Assembly: GCA_951406725.2 (NCBI GenBank)
Contig: OX597828.1
Coordinates: 60,884,001-60,948,000, forward strand
DNA: 64,000 nt
Direction of reading: 5' to 3'
Source of the DNA: Octopus vulgaris
Lineage: Eukaryota
Positions 12,953-26,179 of the stretch are shown here, one piece after another. The notes beneath the pieces are model-generated. The model searched no databases, was not told the origin of the DNA, and worked only from the letters and a program-made list of their open reading frames with translations. The translations under genes and the position numbers were made by a program. How positions within the stretch are numbered: position 1 is the first letter of the stretch; each line of letters opens with the position of its first letter.

Positions 12953-12958
<6 letters not shown>
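12408..12958. mobile_element. About 550-bp element bounded by 51-bp inverted repeats, containing an HHR motif (PLE pseudo-LTR-like)
   Basis: 12408-12458 is the reverse complement of 12908-12958 with about 2 mismatches. The right end runs into (TA)n. Confidence 0.7.
12845..12920 (+). ncRNA. Degenerate hammerhead motif downstream of the Wnt16 stop codon
   Basis: UUGA-CUGAAGA-U-UACUCAGCAU...AUGUUGUAGUA-U-GAAAC-AAUU-GUA^-CCAA. The first stem I pair is an A.C mismatch. Confidence 0.55.
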
Positions 12959-13023
<65 letters not shown>

Positions 13024-13580
13024 GTGTATAAGTACATACAAGCACTCTCATGCACGCACACATTCACATACACACATATATGTTATTACACCGGTTGCAG
13101 AATAAGAAACTATGGTCAAGACAGTCGGTAGGCGGTGTATGTATCTGGCTGGAATAGAATGACGTTCTTGTATGCCGGATGGATCATGACTCAGAAGGAA
13201 AATTCCAACCCTTCTGTAAATTGTAAGAGGTGACATCACTCTAAAATAATTGGAATTAATTGGAAATAACTGGATGAAAAAGTTGATACTAACGACTGAG
13301 TTGAACAAGATATTAGAGGAGCAGACATAGGCTCTTGGTGAATAGAGGCAAGAGTGGGAGGAGGTGGGTGAAAGAAAAGGTGTGGAGCGTGTAGGTTAAA
13401 AGGTGGTGAACGATATTAGAATGCATGGTGCTACACAATGTGTAAAGTATAAAAATGTAAACTTATTAAATACATTATAAAATACATAAAACCAAGAAAT
13501 CGGACCAAGGCTCGAATGTTCTGGATGATTATTCGCTGAGAATGTTTAGATAGTAAAGGTTTTGGTATTAGCTGCATGTA

Positions 13581-14070
13581 CGGGATGTCCCAGAATCTAT
13601 GTCAATGAAATCGGGCAAATTAAAATAAAATTGACAGAATGTATTGTTTATTACTTATTATGATACCAAAATAAATAGATTTATAAATCTTAGCTCAAAA
13701 CTTAGTTGAAAATTTTTAACATGTGCTCCGTCCCTGTGAATTTCCAATCATACCGTTGCAAAACACATTTTGACACTGCTAACTGAATGCGTTCTTTCAG
13801 TTCACCTAAACTATTGCTCCATCTTGGAGATGGAGGTAGAGGAAATGATTGTAGCCAAATTGGAAAAAGTTGTTGTGGACAGATAAGCGGGATCCAACAG
13901 CGATGAAAATAACATTATCAAAAAATTATCAAAATTATCAAATTATAAGCAAAATTAAAAATTTATACACTTTTAACACGTATTAAACATATATAAAAGT
14001 ATTTAACACATATTAAACATAAATAAAAGTGAGTTTCACTGAAATAGATCGTTAACTCTGAGACACCCTG
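13581..14070. mobile_element. Tc1/mariner-type non-autonomous element
   Basis: ta|cgggatgtcccagaat ... actctgagacaccctg|ta: degenerate CAGGGTGTCCCA TIRs with TA on both flanks. Confidence 0.6.
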
Positions 14071-14124
14071 TACAATGGGTTACGTGGGTATCTGTACCTT
14101 ACCTAGATTTTAAAATATATTTCT

Positions 14125-14841
14125 AAGCTTAAGAAACCTACATGTGAGCAAAAAGTGTCATTTTGAAGTGTGTATCATGCCGCGAAAAAGTCATGTTAGC
14201 TTTGAGTGCGACCAGCAACTGGTGAGGATTAGAAACAGAGCCTGATATCCTTACTAGACCAATCCCAAGTATTTGATTGGAATATCTAAGTTGAGATCAT
14301 TGGAAGGTACAGTATTCATGTGTGTCAGGAAGCCTTACTAGTTGCCACTCTGCCATTGGAGGGCGTGAAAAAGAAATACCACCGTGTTGTAGATCTCAGC
14401 ATTAGATACTTCAACGATTCTTCCAAGATATGAGAAGGCAAGCTTCTTATATCTTTCCAATACATTTCAAAGTAATTTCAATACATTTCGAAAGGTGTAA
14501 CATTGCGACACCATAGAAAATCATGTGAAAATGCTGAGAAAATTGTGGACGCGGTGAAAGGGATAAGTGGGTATGGAAATATTTAAGTAAACACTGGATC
14601 TGATACACTGTAGGCTAGCGCTTGTCTCCTCTTATTCAAACGGCAGAACAGATTCATGTGACTATCCCAGACATAGGATCGAAAATCAACCCTTGCAGTG
14701 AATTCATCTTCCATATCCAGGCAAACACCCAGGTGGGTCGAGTGAAAATGTCAGATTCGCTGCACTTGAGCCTATTTTGTGGCATGACATAATTTACACA
14801 TTTGGTGACACTTTTTGCTCACATATAGATTTCTGAAACTT
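14125..14841. mobile_element. Old element with about 65-bp inverted termini
   Basis: taagcttaagaaacctacatgtgagcaaaaagtgtca... matches the reverse complement of ...tgacactttttgctcacatatagatttctgaaactta. Confidence 0.5.
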
Positions 14842-15440
14842 ATTCGATCAACAATCAGACTGAAGCCTAATAACCTTGTGATCGATTGTACATACATCTA
14901 ACACCTGACTGGGTTTTCAAACCTGTATTGAAGACTGATTAACGTACTGTATACTTATGCGGTTGTTGCCATCTAAACGAACAATCATCTCAAATATTCT
15001 AGCCTTGGTGCAATAATTCGATGTTATAATATTTTATGGATTCTTTGATATATTTAGTATTTTTATGTTTAGGATACTGTATTTATTATGTTGTGTTATA
15101 CATTGAAATATCATATCCCGATGCATTCTCTGGTATTCCCTAGCATCTTTCTCTTCAATCTCTTTCCCCACCTTACTCAACTGAGTATATCTACTCCCAA
15201 AAGTTCATGTTCCAGATGGAAACAAAAGCTGGTCAATTTTTTCATGTGAGTCATGATCCACTCTTCTCAGATGTGATTTGAGTTTGTGCCCAGCCATCAA
15301 GATACTTGTGTTTATTCGCTATCTTGGACATCGTTGTTTATTCATCACTCAGTCAGGGGTCTGATTGATATGCTGGAAATTGGGGAAACTCCAAAGTAAC
15401 AGTCAATTGTACTAATATGGAATAATAAGTTATTCTACAC

Positions 15441-16546
15441 GAATGTAGGTAATTTTGCCACCGGTAAATTCGCTACCGAAACTGACCTCCTCACATCGGA
15501 ATCACTGGACGCAGGTCCACACGGCTGAGTGGTAATGCCTAACCAGGTTACGAAATTTATTGTTGCATCCCTCACAAATGTTATTCGTGCGTAGATTTCC
15601 ATTCACTGTGGCGCCATGTTGATTCCACAACTCCGGCGGAAACATGGATGGAACGTGGCGAAGATTCATAACCAATCCACCTGCCTCGCGTCGACGATAT
15701 AAGCCAAAGACTTGAATCAAAATATTCCAAAAGGTCTTGCGCTTCGTTAGGTACGATGTTCCTCAGAACTTGCATCCCTGCTTGTGGCAGTGGTAAGAAA
15801 GCCAGATCATCGAGCATTCCAACAAATTTTGGAATTCTTCAAGTCTAGGTCCTGGATTTTCCGATACGTGCTTTGAGTCAACTGGTAAAGACAACCCCGA
15901 CTGCTGACATTCCGCCCCAAAACGGTTTGCACGGAGCGAAGAACGGCATCCTCGGAATCCGTCATGATGGTGTCAAGTTGTAGCGGTAAGGAAGGTTGTT
16001 GGCATTTATTGACAAGAGCTTGGAGGAGTTCTTCGTACGTTTCACGATGTTTATTTGGCAGCATGGCGGAAACCAAAGTTACGTAATTGTTTCCGAGTGG
16101 GACACGTATTACACTGAGTTGGGAGAAAACACCAGGCGCCATCGCGAAATTCTCGCCCATGAACCAATGATAGGCTCTTGTCAGTTCCCTAATTCCCTGT
16201 TCAGTTGAAAAAGCAAGGATCCTGTCATCGCGGTTTGGGCCATTAGCGTATAACACGAAATGTTCTCCGCGAGTTGTTGTTTTATATTCCGTTTCATGAC
16301 ATCGCGTACCTTGACCATTTTCATCGGTCGTCATCAGTCGGATGATCACGTATTTGTCCTGGTTTTGGTTCATCTCGCTGAAGGTCGGTGGACAACTTTT
16401 CGCGACATCATAATCCCGTCGGACACAAACTCAATACATCTGGGTCTGTCCTATCTTTTTCTTCGTATGCATATGCCCGAGTGGCGAAAAAACCGGGATC
16501 GAAATTTCTGGGGACGAATTTTCCGGTGGCGAAATTACCGAACACC
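15441..16546 (-). mobile_element. Internally deleted Mutator (MULE) transposon with TIRs and a 9-bp TSD
   Basis: TIRs ggtaatt(t/c)gccaccgg.aaattcg; ATTCTACAC at 15432-15440 and 16547-16555. Frameshifted MULE transposase: HWFMG.NF..AP.VFSQL, LPNK..ETY, IMTDSEDA, RGCLYQLTQ, RTNNICEG.NN. Confidence 0.9.
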
Positions 16547-17753
16547 ATTCTACACTACTATGGTATTGAGTACTCTTTCACACATTCTGTACAACTTATA
16601 TATATATATATATGCACACACGCACGCACGCGCGCGCGTAGGCACGCACACATTCTTAAATAATTACTCTTACAAGACAAGTTCACTTTCCTTTTCCTTT
16701 CTTTTTCATCAGAATGACACTGGGAATATTGGGGAGCATGAGGGGACAGTATCGTTATACATATGTGGGAAAAGATAAGGTTTGGATAGTACAGGGTGGT
16801 CGTCAATTGCAGCATAGATCAGTCAGTTTGCTGGTCACGTGATTTTGAATTACTTGCGTGTGTATAGAATGTGAGGACGAGTAAATGCGAATTGTAGTAT
16901 TAAGGACGGATTGAGAGAGTTTGTTATCAAAGAACAGAGACAAAGGGGTAGTATTGTCTGTGATGAAACAGAGGTGAAGGAGATGTGAGAAGAGGAATTG
17001 TATGTCCATGTAATAAATAAATGAAATAAATTAATAAGTATATCAATCAATGAGTAAAAGTGTAAATGAACGAGCAGATCTTGGTGGTTATAGTTGCCAG
17101 TATCATCGTCAAAACACTAAGCACTTTTCTCATGAAGCCGTTTGTCATTAAATTCGTAATCCTTATTAAAATGTTAGAGAATATTAAAATATGAGAGTAA
17201 AAATATTGAATTTAATTTAATGACAAACGGGTTTATGAGAAAAGTATTTAAAGTATAAAAGGAATGATCTTCAAAGAGATTAAACTTTAGAAGGTTGGAT
17301 TAACGGTCATCTTATACAAATTAAATCAGGGACGATGATCATTACTTAATAATATTAAACCAATAAAACTTTTTGAAGATTAATAGATTAAAACAATTAA
17401 ACAGAGTAACAAACTACAACAGTGTCTAATTGTTTTAATCTCGTCATATTGGTTAACTAGAGATAATACTTTGTATGATAGTAGCTTAAAAGCATTTTTT
17501 CTTAGCTCCAAGATCACTGGAATTTCTCTCGACTTAAGTATTTATTCTCGATATTCCATATGTTCTAAGCCTTTTTCTCAAAAGCCTATTTATCAGTAAA
17601 TAAAACTATGTAACTGTCTCATTCTAACGATTCAATATACTCCACCGGATGATGGTGAAAATTATGATCGATCTCGTTATTCTTTCACGTATTTATTTTA
17701 TTTAATCTGCAATCCATTCCTCATCTACTTCTTTTCTTTCAATATTTTTAAAA

Positions 17754-17886
17754 GGCCCGCCGAGGTTGACTTTGGTTTTCATCCTTTCGGGGTTGATAAA
17801 TTAAGTAACAGTTGCGTACTGGAGGTCGATCTACTCGACTGCCCCCTCCCACCAAAATTTCGGGCCTTGCACCTAGAATAGAAAAG
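17754..17886 (+). mobile_element. SINE family B, 3' fragment
   Basis: ccgccgaggttgactttgg...aaaatttcgggccttg. Confidence 0.75.
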
Positions 17887-17970
17887 AATATTTTTAAAAG
17901 GCTCACATTCAGTTACCTTTACAGGCCTATATTTTATTCCAAGCAGTAAAGTCCTCTCTCTCATTCTCTC

Positions 17971-18021
<51 letters not shown>

Positions 18022-18929
18022 CTCTCTCTCTCTTTCTCTGTACGCCAAAACGTCCAAACCCCAAAACACCAAGTATTCTCTATCACAAATAATTTATCAC
18101 TTTCACTCTCTTCAACTTTCTTTACATTCCAAGTAATTCAGAGTTTACTGTTCAGAGCTTACAAGCCAATCCTACAATTGACCATCATTGCATCTCATCC
18201 ATATAATACCCCCTCTCTCTCTCTCTCTCACACGAAGATACATATGTGTGCGTGTATGTTTGTGTGGTTGTATGTGTGTCTATGTGTATGTGTGCGTGCG
18301 TGCGCGTTCTATTTTTTTGAAGCCTAAAAAATTTCAGAAACTGTAACTCAACCGTTCAATACAAATAAAATAGTTTATAAAATTGTATGTTTATATAAGT
18401 ATTCTTGGATATAAATGCAATGAATAAGCATTTAAAGCCTACTGGGCAACTTATTTTTAAAATAGCAGTTGGATGAAAAATGAACTGACCGTAACGGAAA
18501 AGAATAGCTGAATCAAAAAAAAAAAAAAAATTGTATCTTCTTCCTATATAATAAAACGCAAAGTGTGTCGCTGTCGGTCACGCTGCAGGCAAAGACGAGT
18601 AAAATAACAAACGGAATGGTAGTCGGTTGACAGTCAGAGGCGGCCAACCGCAGGTGAACTGTAGTGAGCTCTGAATCCACCAGCATTTTAATTAAAATTT
18701 TTTTTAATTAAATTTTTTGCAAATTATATTTATCATTTTCACACACACACACACACACATACAGTAAAATGATTTCATCGATATAAAAAATGTAAAGAAG
18801 CGTACGCGCGCGCACACATTCATGCACTTAAACAGGCATATGTATGCACATACATAGATTTACATAAATAGGTATGCGTATGTATGAGTATATATATATA
18901 TAAACATATATTCATGCATACATATCTTC

Positions 18930-19022
<93 letters not shown>

Positions 19023-19025
<3 letters not shown>

Positions 19026-19385
19026 CGCAGGCGTGGGTGTGTGATAAGAAGCTTGCTTTCCAACCACGTGGTTCCAGGTTCAGTCCCACTGCGTGGCACC
19101 TTGGAGGAGTGTTTTGTGAGTGGATTTGGTAGACGAAAACTGAAAAAAGCCCGTGGTATATATATGTGTGTGTGTGTACATTTGTGTGTCTGTGTTTGTC
19201 ACCCCATCATCGCCTGGCGACTGATATTGATGTGTCTACGTCCCCGTAACTTACCGGTTCGGTAAAAGATACCAATAGAATATGCACTAGGCTTACAGAG
19301 AATAAGTCCTGGAGTCGATTTGTTCGACTAAAGGTGGGGCTCCAACATGGCCGAAGTCAAATGAATGAAACAATTAAAAGAATAT
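19023..19385 (+). mobile_element. SINE family A copy with internal deletion
   Basis: Head ggcgcaggcgtgggtgtgtgataagaagcttgc, directly after (TA)n. Confidence 0.82.
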
Positions 19386-19638
19386 AAGAGTAAAATAATA
19401 TATATATATATACTGAGAAAAGAGTCGTCTGAATTTTGGGGAAAACATCTTTTTATTTCTTCATTATTATTAGTGGTTTCATTCGTTTCTCAATATAATT
19501 TCGTGAATGTACAGCAGATATTTTGGGGGTGGAGTTTATAAGAAGAGAACATTGTTTTTTTTTTGTTTTTTTTCAATGAGATTCCCTGACAATGGAGACA
19601 GATAGAAATATAGGTAGGTGGATAAGCTGATAGATTAT

Positions 19639-19675
<37 letters not shown>

Positions 19676-19676
19676 C

Positions 19677-19752
<76 letters not shown>

Positions 19753-19992
19753 GGGATCCTCCTTCCTACTCACCATTCATTCATTTATTTAGTCATTTAC
19801 CATTGTACTGGAATAGGTTTAAGGATGGTGACCTCTTAAAAAAAACCACAAAAAACAGGTGTGATGTGGTCATCACTGAAAATGTTTTTGCTTTCTTTCT
19901 CTCTTCCCCTCTTTGTTTTTTTTTTTCTTCATTTTTCTCTTTCTTTCTTTTCTCCTCTTTCTTTTTCTCTTCTTTGAGTTATATTTAGAATG

Positions 19993-20938
19993 TACTCTTT
20001 TACTCTTTTACTTGTTTCAGTCATTTGACTGCGGCCATGCTGGAGCACCGCCTTTAATCGAGCAACTCGACCCCGGGACTTATTCTTTTGTAAGCCCAGT
20101 ACTTATTCTATCGGTCTCTTTTGCCGAACCGATAAGTAACGGGGGACATGAACACACCAGCATCGGTTGTTAAGCAATGCTAAGGGGACAAACACAGACA
20201 CACACACACATATATATATACATATATACGACGGGTTTCTTTCAGTTTCCGTCTACCAAATCCACTCACAAGGCTTTGGTCGGCGCGAGGCTATAGTAGA
20301 AGACACTTGCCCAAGGTGTCACGCAGTGGGACAGAACCCGGAACCATGTGGTTGGTAAACAAGCTACTTACCACACAGCCACTCCTGCGCCTTCTCTTTT
20401 CTTTCAAACATTCAATTTTGGAGAGAATTTTTTTGATGAAATGTAGTTCTCTCTGAAAGATTCATTAGTATAATGTTTACAAATTAAAAATCTAAAATAG
20501 ATAAATGAACAAATGAATAAAATAGAATTAATATATATATATATATATTCTTTTACTCTTTTACTTGTTTCAGTCATTTGACTGTGGCCATGCTGGAGTA
20601 CCGCTTTTAGTCGAGCAAATCGACCCCAGGACTTATTCTTTGTAAGCCTAGTACATAAGTACTCTTTTGCCGAACCGCTAAGTTACGGGGACGTAAACAC
20701 ACCATCATCGATTGTCAAGCGATGTTTGGGGGGACAAACACAGACACACAAACATATATACACACGTACATATATATACATACATACGACGGGCTTCTTT
20801 CAGTTTCTGTCTACCAAATCCTTTGGTTGGCCCGAGGCTATAGCAGAAGACACTTGCCCGAGGTGCCACGCAGTGCGACTGAACCCGGAACCATGTGGTT
20901 GGAAAGCAAGCTACTTACCACACAGCCACTCCTACGCC
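19993..20938 (-). mobile_element. Two SINE family A copies (19993-20391, 20547-20938)
   Basis: Full matches to family A. Confidence 0.85.
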
Positions 20939-21297
20939 TATCGAAAGAGTCAGCAGAAGTTCGCCATTACCTTAGGTGTTTCGTTTGGAATAAAACGTAA
21001 ATTCTCCGCTTTACCTTCAAGCATTCAATTTTGGAGAGAATCCCTTGATGAAGTGTGTGTGTGTGTGCATGTGTGCGCATGCGTACGTGTTTGTGTGTGT
21101 GTTTGTGTGTTTGGGAACATGTCCGTGTTTATACTGTGTAACTTCGATGTTTTGCATCGAAAAACAAAATCACGCCTCTTTCAATTTCATGTTTTTGCAT
21201 TAGAGAACATTAGTGTAACACTTACAAACTAGAAAATCACGCAAAGCTCTGAACATCTCAATGCCACACCTGAATATTTACAGAGATGAGCATTATA

Positions 21298-21963
21298 TCT
21301 ATATATATAAAACTCAACTTGTCTGTCTGTGTTCGTATCTGTGTGTGTGTCTGTGTGTTTAACTTCCCGGCACATCTCCTCCTAGCCAACAAATCGTAGA
21401 ACCACCAAAAATGAAAATTGAACTGCGCTATTTCTGCTCCGAAATTCATCTCGCAAGTGCAAAAATCGATAATGTGTTTGTTTAGGCCTTATCCCATGCA
21501 TTGAATAGTAAACTTTACTCAGTCAGCTGTTTGACGTGAACTGTGTTCACCACGCGTGCAAGCATGCGTAAATTGCATGAAAAATAAAAAATCAAGATAT
21601 AAAAACGAATCGCCGTAAACATTGTAGAAATTCGGCAAAGAAATGAATTTTCGGGATTTAGCCTGGAGGGTTTTTTCGTATTAATCGTTTGGACTTTGTG
21701 AACACATACAAATTGTTTTCATAACATATTTAACGCTTTTAATTAAATGTGACCATTTTGCGTTGAGTCTGCAGTTTGAATCACTTTAACCAAATTTTAG
21801 CAGGCCGGATTTTTGATCATCACGATACATCGCCAGCGACTCCCTGAAACTCTCCCCTGAAATCCCCGTTGAGAAATCTATTATATATATAATAATACTT
21901 TGAATGTGACTCCTTAGAAAGAGTAAAAGCAATTATCCGATGAACGACGGGTATTACTGCTAG
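21298..21963 (+). mobile_element. Non-autonomous Helitron-like element
   Basis: 5' end A|TCtatatatataaaa..ttgtctgtctgt; subterminal hairpin tatccg..cgggta; 3' end CTAG|T; no TSD. Confidence 0.7.
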
Positions 21964-22440
21964 TTTCCAATATTTGAGTTATATTTAGAATACAAAATGT
22001 AACGTCTCGGCTTTTCTCTCAAGCATTCAATTTTGGAGAGAAGGTATTGCGGATCGTCCTGTGCACGTTTGTAAAAGGGAAAAATTTAGAATTTTCCCTC
22101 GCTGCATATTTTCAGATGCTCACTTAATGGAACCTTGTGTAATTCCTCTTGTCGGATACGTTGCCTGGCAGAGGGAATTATTTGTTTTGCACTTTGGGCT
22201 GGTAATGCAGTTTATGAAGTTTTGCGTTTTGCAGTTCATATCTGCATTTATTTTAAAAAGGGATCCGCTTACGAATTTTATTTTCAATGCAAAACATCGA
22301 AGTTACACAGTATTTTTGAAAATGTCACTATCCTTAAACACATTCCAATACATTGGTAAATGTAAATAAATAAATGAATGGTAAAAAGGAAGGCAGATCC
22401 CCCTTCTCTCTCCCTCTTTCTCTACCTATCTATCTGTCTG

Positions 22441-22522
<82 letters not shown>

Positions 22523-22808
22523 AGCCTATCTGTCTACCTATATTTCAATCTATCTTAATTGTCATGGAACCTCACACCAAAAAACAAAAACAATGTTCCC
22601 TTTTTTTAAACAAAACCTCCCAAAAACATGTTCTATATAAATGAACGAGCTGTTTATACATTCATAAAATTTTATTTGACAAATTCGGGAAACGAACGAA
22701 AGCGCTAATAATAAGGAAGAAATAAAAATATTTTTTTTCCGAAATTCTGACTTTTTTCTCAATATTCAATTTCTGTACACCATACCTAACACTCTATACA
22801 TACATACA

Positions 22809-23270
<462 letters not shown>

Positions 23271-23287
23271 ACGAAATGAAGGTTTTA

Positions 23288-23340
<53 letters not shown>

Positions 23341-23521
23341 ATAAGAGAAGAAATGGAGCAACATGTAACAATTAGAAGTTGATCATTACTATTGAATGAT
23401 CAACGTCCTTAAATTACCAGCCACTGTTAACCTTACAACAAGGCCTATACATAGTTAGGCAATACACCAGTAGTGCCTGCAGGTACAGTTACCCCTTTGA
23501 CGGTTGCATAACCTCTTACTC

Positions 23522-23590
<69 letters not shown>

Positions 23591-23663
23591 AAGAGGGGGA
23601 GAGAAAGGGAATGGGGAAAGGTATGTCTATAAAATAAGTATGTGTATGTATATTTGTATGTAC

Positions 23664-23720
<57 letters not shown>

Positions 23721-23724
23721 AAGG

Positions 23725-23775
23725 AGCTTCTACAGGACTAGAACAGTTTCATTCAAATGAAATCATCAGGAAGCT
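23725..23775 (-). ncRNA. Type I hammerhead motif
   Basis: AGCUUC-CUGAUGA-U-UUC auuu GAA-U-GAAAC-UGUUCUAGUCCU-GUA^-GAAGCU. Perfect 6-bp stem I; the stem III region is an imperfect palindrome centred on CUAG. Confidence 0.7.
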
Positions 23776-24234
23776 TGCTGTCAAAATAAGTTTTGGCATT
23801 TATACATTTAGGCAGGTTTAATGGGGTGGTGGTGGGGGACATTTTTTGGGTAAGCAGGGCACAAACTGTCTTTCTTAGGGGAGTGGTCAAAAGAATCAGT
23901 GATAAAGTAAATAAATGAATAAATAGAATAATTGAATAGAGTTTTAGGTAAATAAGAAGACTATCGCTTATATATATATATATATACATATATATATACA
24001 CACATACACATACATACACACACATACACATACATACACACACACACATATATATACATACACACATATATACAAATACACATACACATACATGCCAACA
24101 CGCAAACACACGCACACATATATATATATGTATATATACATACTCATACACACACATTATATACATATATACACACATATATATACACATATATATATAT
24201 ATATATACACATATATACACACACATACATATAC

Positions 24235-24283
<49 letters not shown>

Positions 24284-24290
24284 CACACAA

Positions 24291-24373
24291 AGCTGATGAG
24301 TACGGGACACTTTTATCTGCTGCAATTTTTGCAACTTGTAATAAAGCCTGTCTTTGTATGAAACAATTGTACT
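24291..24373 (+). ncRNA. Hammerhead motif with long stem II; stem I truncated by a microsatellite
   Basis: AG-CUGAUGA-GUACGGGACA...UGUCUUUGUAU-GAAAC-AAUU-GUA^-CU, with inner helices UUUAU/AUAAA and UGCAA/UUGCA. The 3' flank (cattcttg.tgctt) is homologous to 12917-12950. Confidence 0.6.
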
Positions 24374-24659
24374 AAAAACTAATCCATTCTTGTTGCTTCT
24401 TTCTCGTATATATACACACATATATATATTTTTTTCTCTCCTCATCTTCCTCCCTTATTTTATTTTTATTTTTATTTTGACCGTCTTCAGAATCATAAAA
24501 GGTACAATATATGACCTACCTACACGCCGACACATATTTATAGTGGCGCTAGATTAGACAAACGCTAAAAGTTCTTAGAACTCCCAAGGGTTCCAGCAGG
24601 CCTAAATGAAATCTATCTACCGCTCCCCTCTCCCTTCCTTTCTATCTCTTGACCCACGG

Positions 24660-24787
24660 ATACAGACGCCAACACTCACACACACACACACTCACACGCA
24701 CACTCGTACACATACACAAACACGCATGTTCTCTCAATCATTTCCTTCTCATCCACTTATACTTATGTATATCTCTCTCTCTACAAG

Positions 24788-24831
<44 letters not shown>

Positions 24832-25329
24832 CATATACACACAGAGGTACACATATGCATACATACATAAATGTACCCACTTTCACATAAACGTATACAT
24901 AACTATGTACACACAAAAACACATATATAAACGTACTTCAGTACACATAAACACACATAAATGTCTCCCCGCATATATAAACGCATATGCCTATATACAG
25001 ACATATGTGCATATAAACATACATACGCATATATACGCATCCATACGCTTATAAATACATACATGCACACATGCATGCATACACGTGTACATAAAAGCAT
25101 ACCTACATATACATACCTACACATATATATACATACATGCACAAACATACACATACTTACACGTACATACATATACAAATCTACACACATACACATACAT
25201 ATATATATACGCATACAAAAATCTACAAGTCCGTATATATATATGTATATATATACACATACACATACGTATGTACCTACATATACATACATATATATAC
25301 TTACACCCCTCATATACATACCTACATAC

Positions 25330-25376
<47 letters not shown>

Positions 25377-25799
25377 AACACATGCACATACAAATACACA
25401 TACGCATATCTACGCACATACACGTACACATATATATATATATATATATACACAAGTACACATACACATACATAAATATATACATATGTATATACACATG
25501 CATACACATACTCACACACGCGCATCTATATATACATAAATACATATATACACAAATACACATATATACATATATATATATATACACAAGTACACATACA
25601 CATACATAAATATATACATATGTATATACACATGCATACACATACTCACACACGCGCATCTATATATACATAAATACATACAAGCATACATACATATTCA
25701 TATACACATAGACATACATGCATACACAAATAATAAATATATATACATGCAAATACCTATACTTACACATACACATACGCGTACATGTACATATACATA

Positions 25800-25850
<51 letters not shown>

Positions 25851-26178
25851 CATATACATAAAACACACATGCGTACATATATATACCTATACACCTATAC
25901 ATACATACAAACACATAGATACACGCACATAAGCACATACATATATACCTATAAATACACACATATATATATATATACATACACATACATATACACACAC
26001 ATATATATATATATACACATACAAAAACATGTACACATATACTCATGCACACGTATACACGCCTTCACATACACATGTACATACACAGTTGCACACACAC
26101 TCACATACAAATACGTGTATGCACTCGTATACATATACGTACACATATACACATGCCCACATCCATATATATGTAAAT
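24660..26178. repeat. Degenerate (CA/TA) low-complexity array, including a 134-bp-period duplication (about 25447-25680)
   Basis: Seen directly; it produces many spurious Y/I/H/T/C/V-rich ORFs. Confidence 0.95.
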
Positions 26179-26179
26179 A

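Larger units (their letters stand above)
19412..22763. mobile_element. Old foldback-type element with about 430-bp inverted arms (19412-19835 / 22322-22763) and nested insertions
   Basis: The arms align as reverse complements on both sides of an embedded (GATA)n/(TCTA)n tract. Confidence 0.62.

Noticed and set aside
23420-23500. Twister-like fold (actgt-taa-cct...agg-t-acagt)
   Set aside because: The pseudoknot pairings and conserved core could not be assigned.
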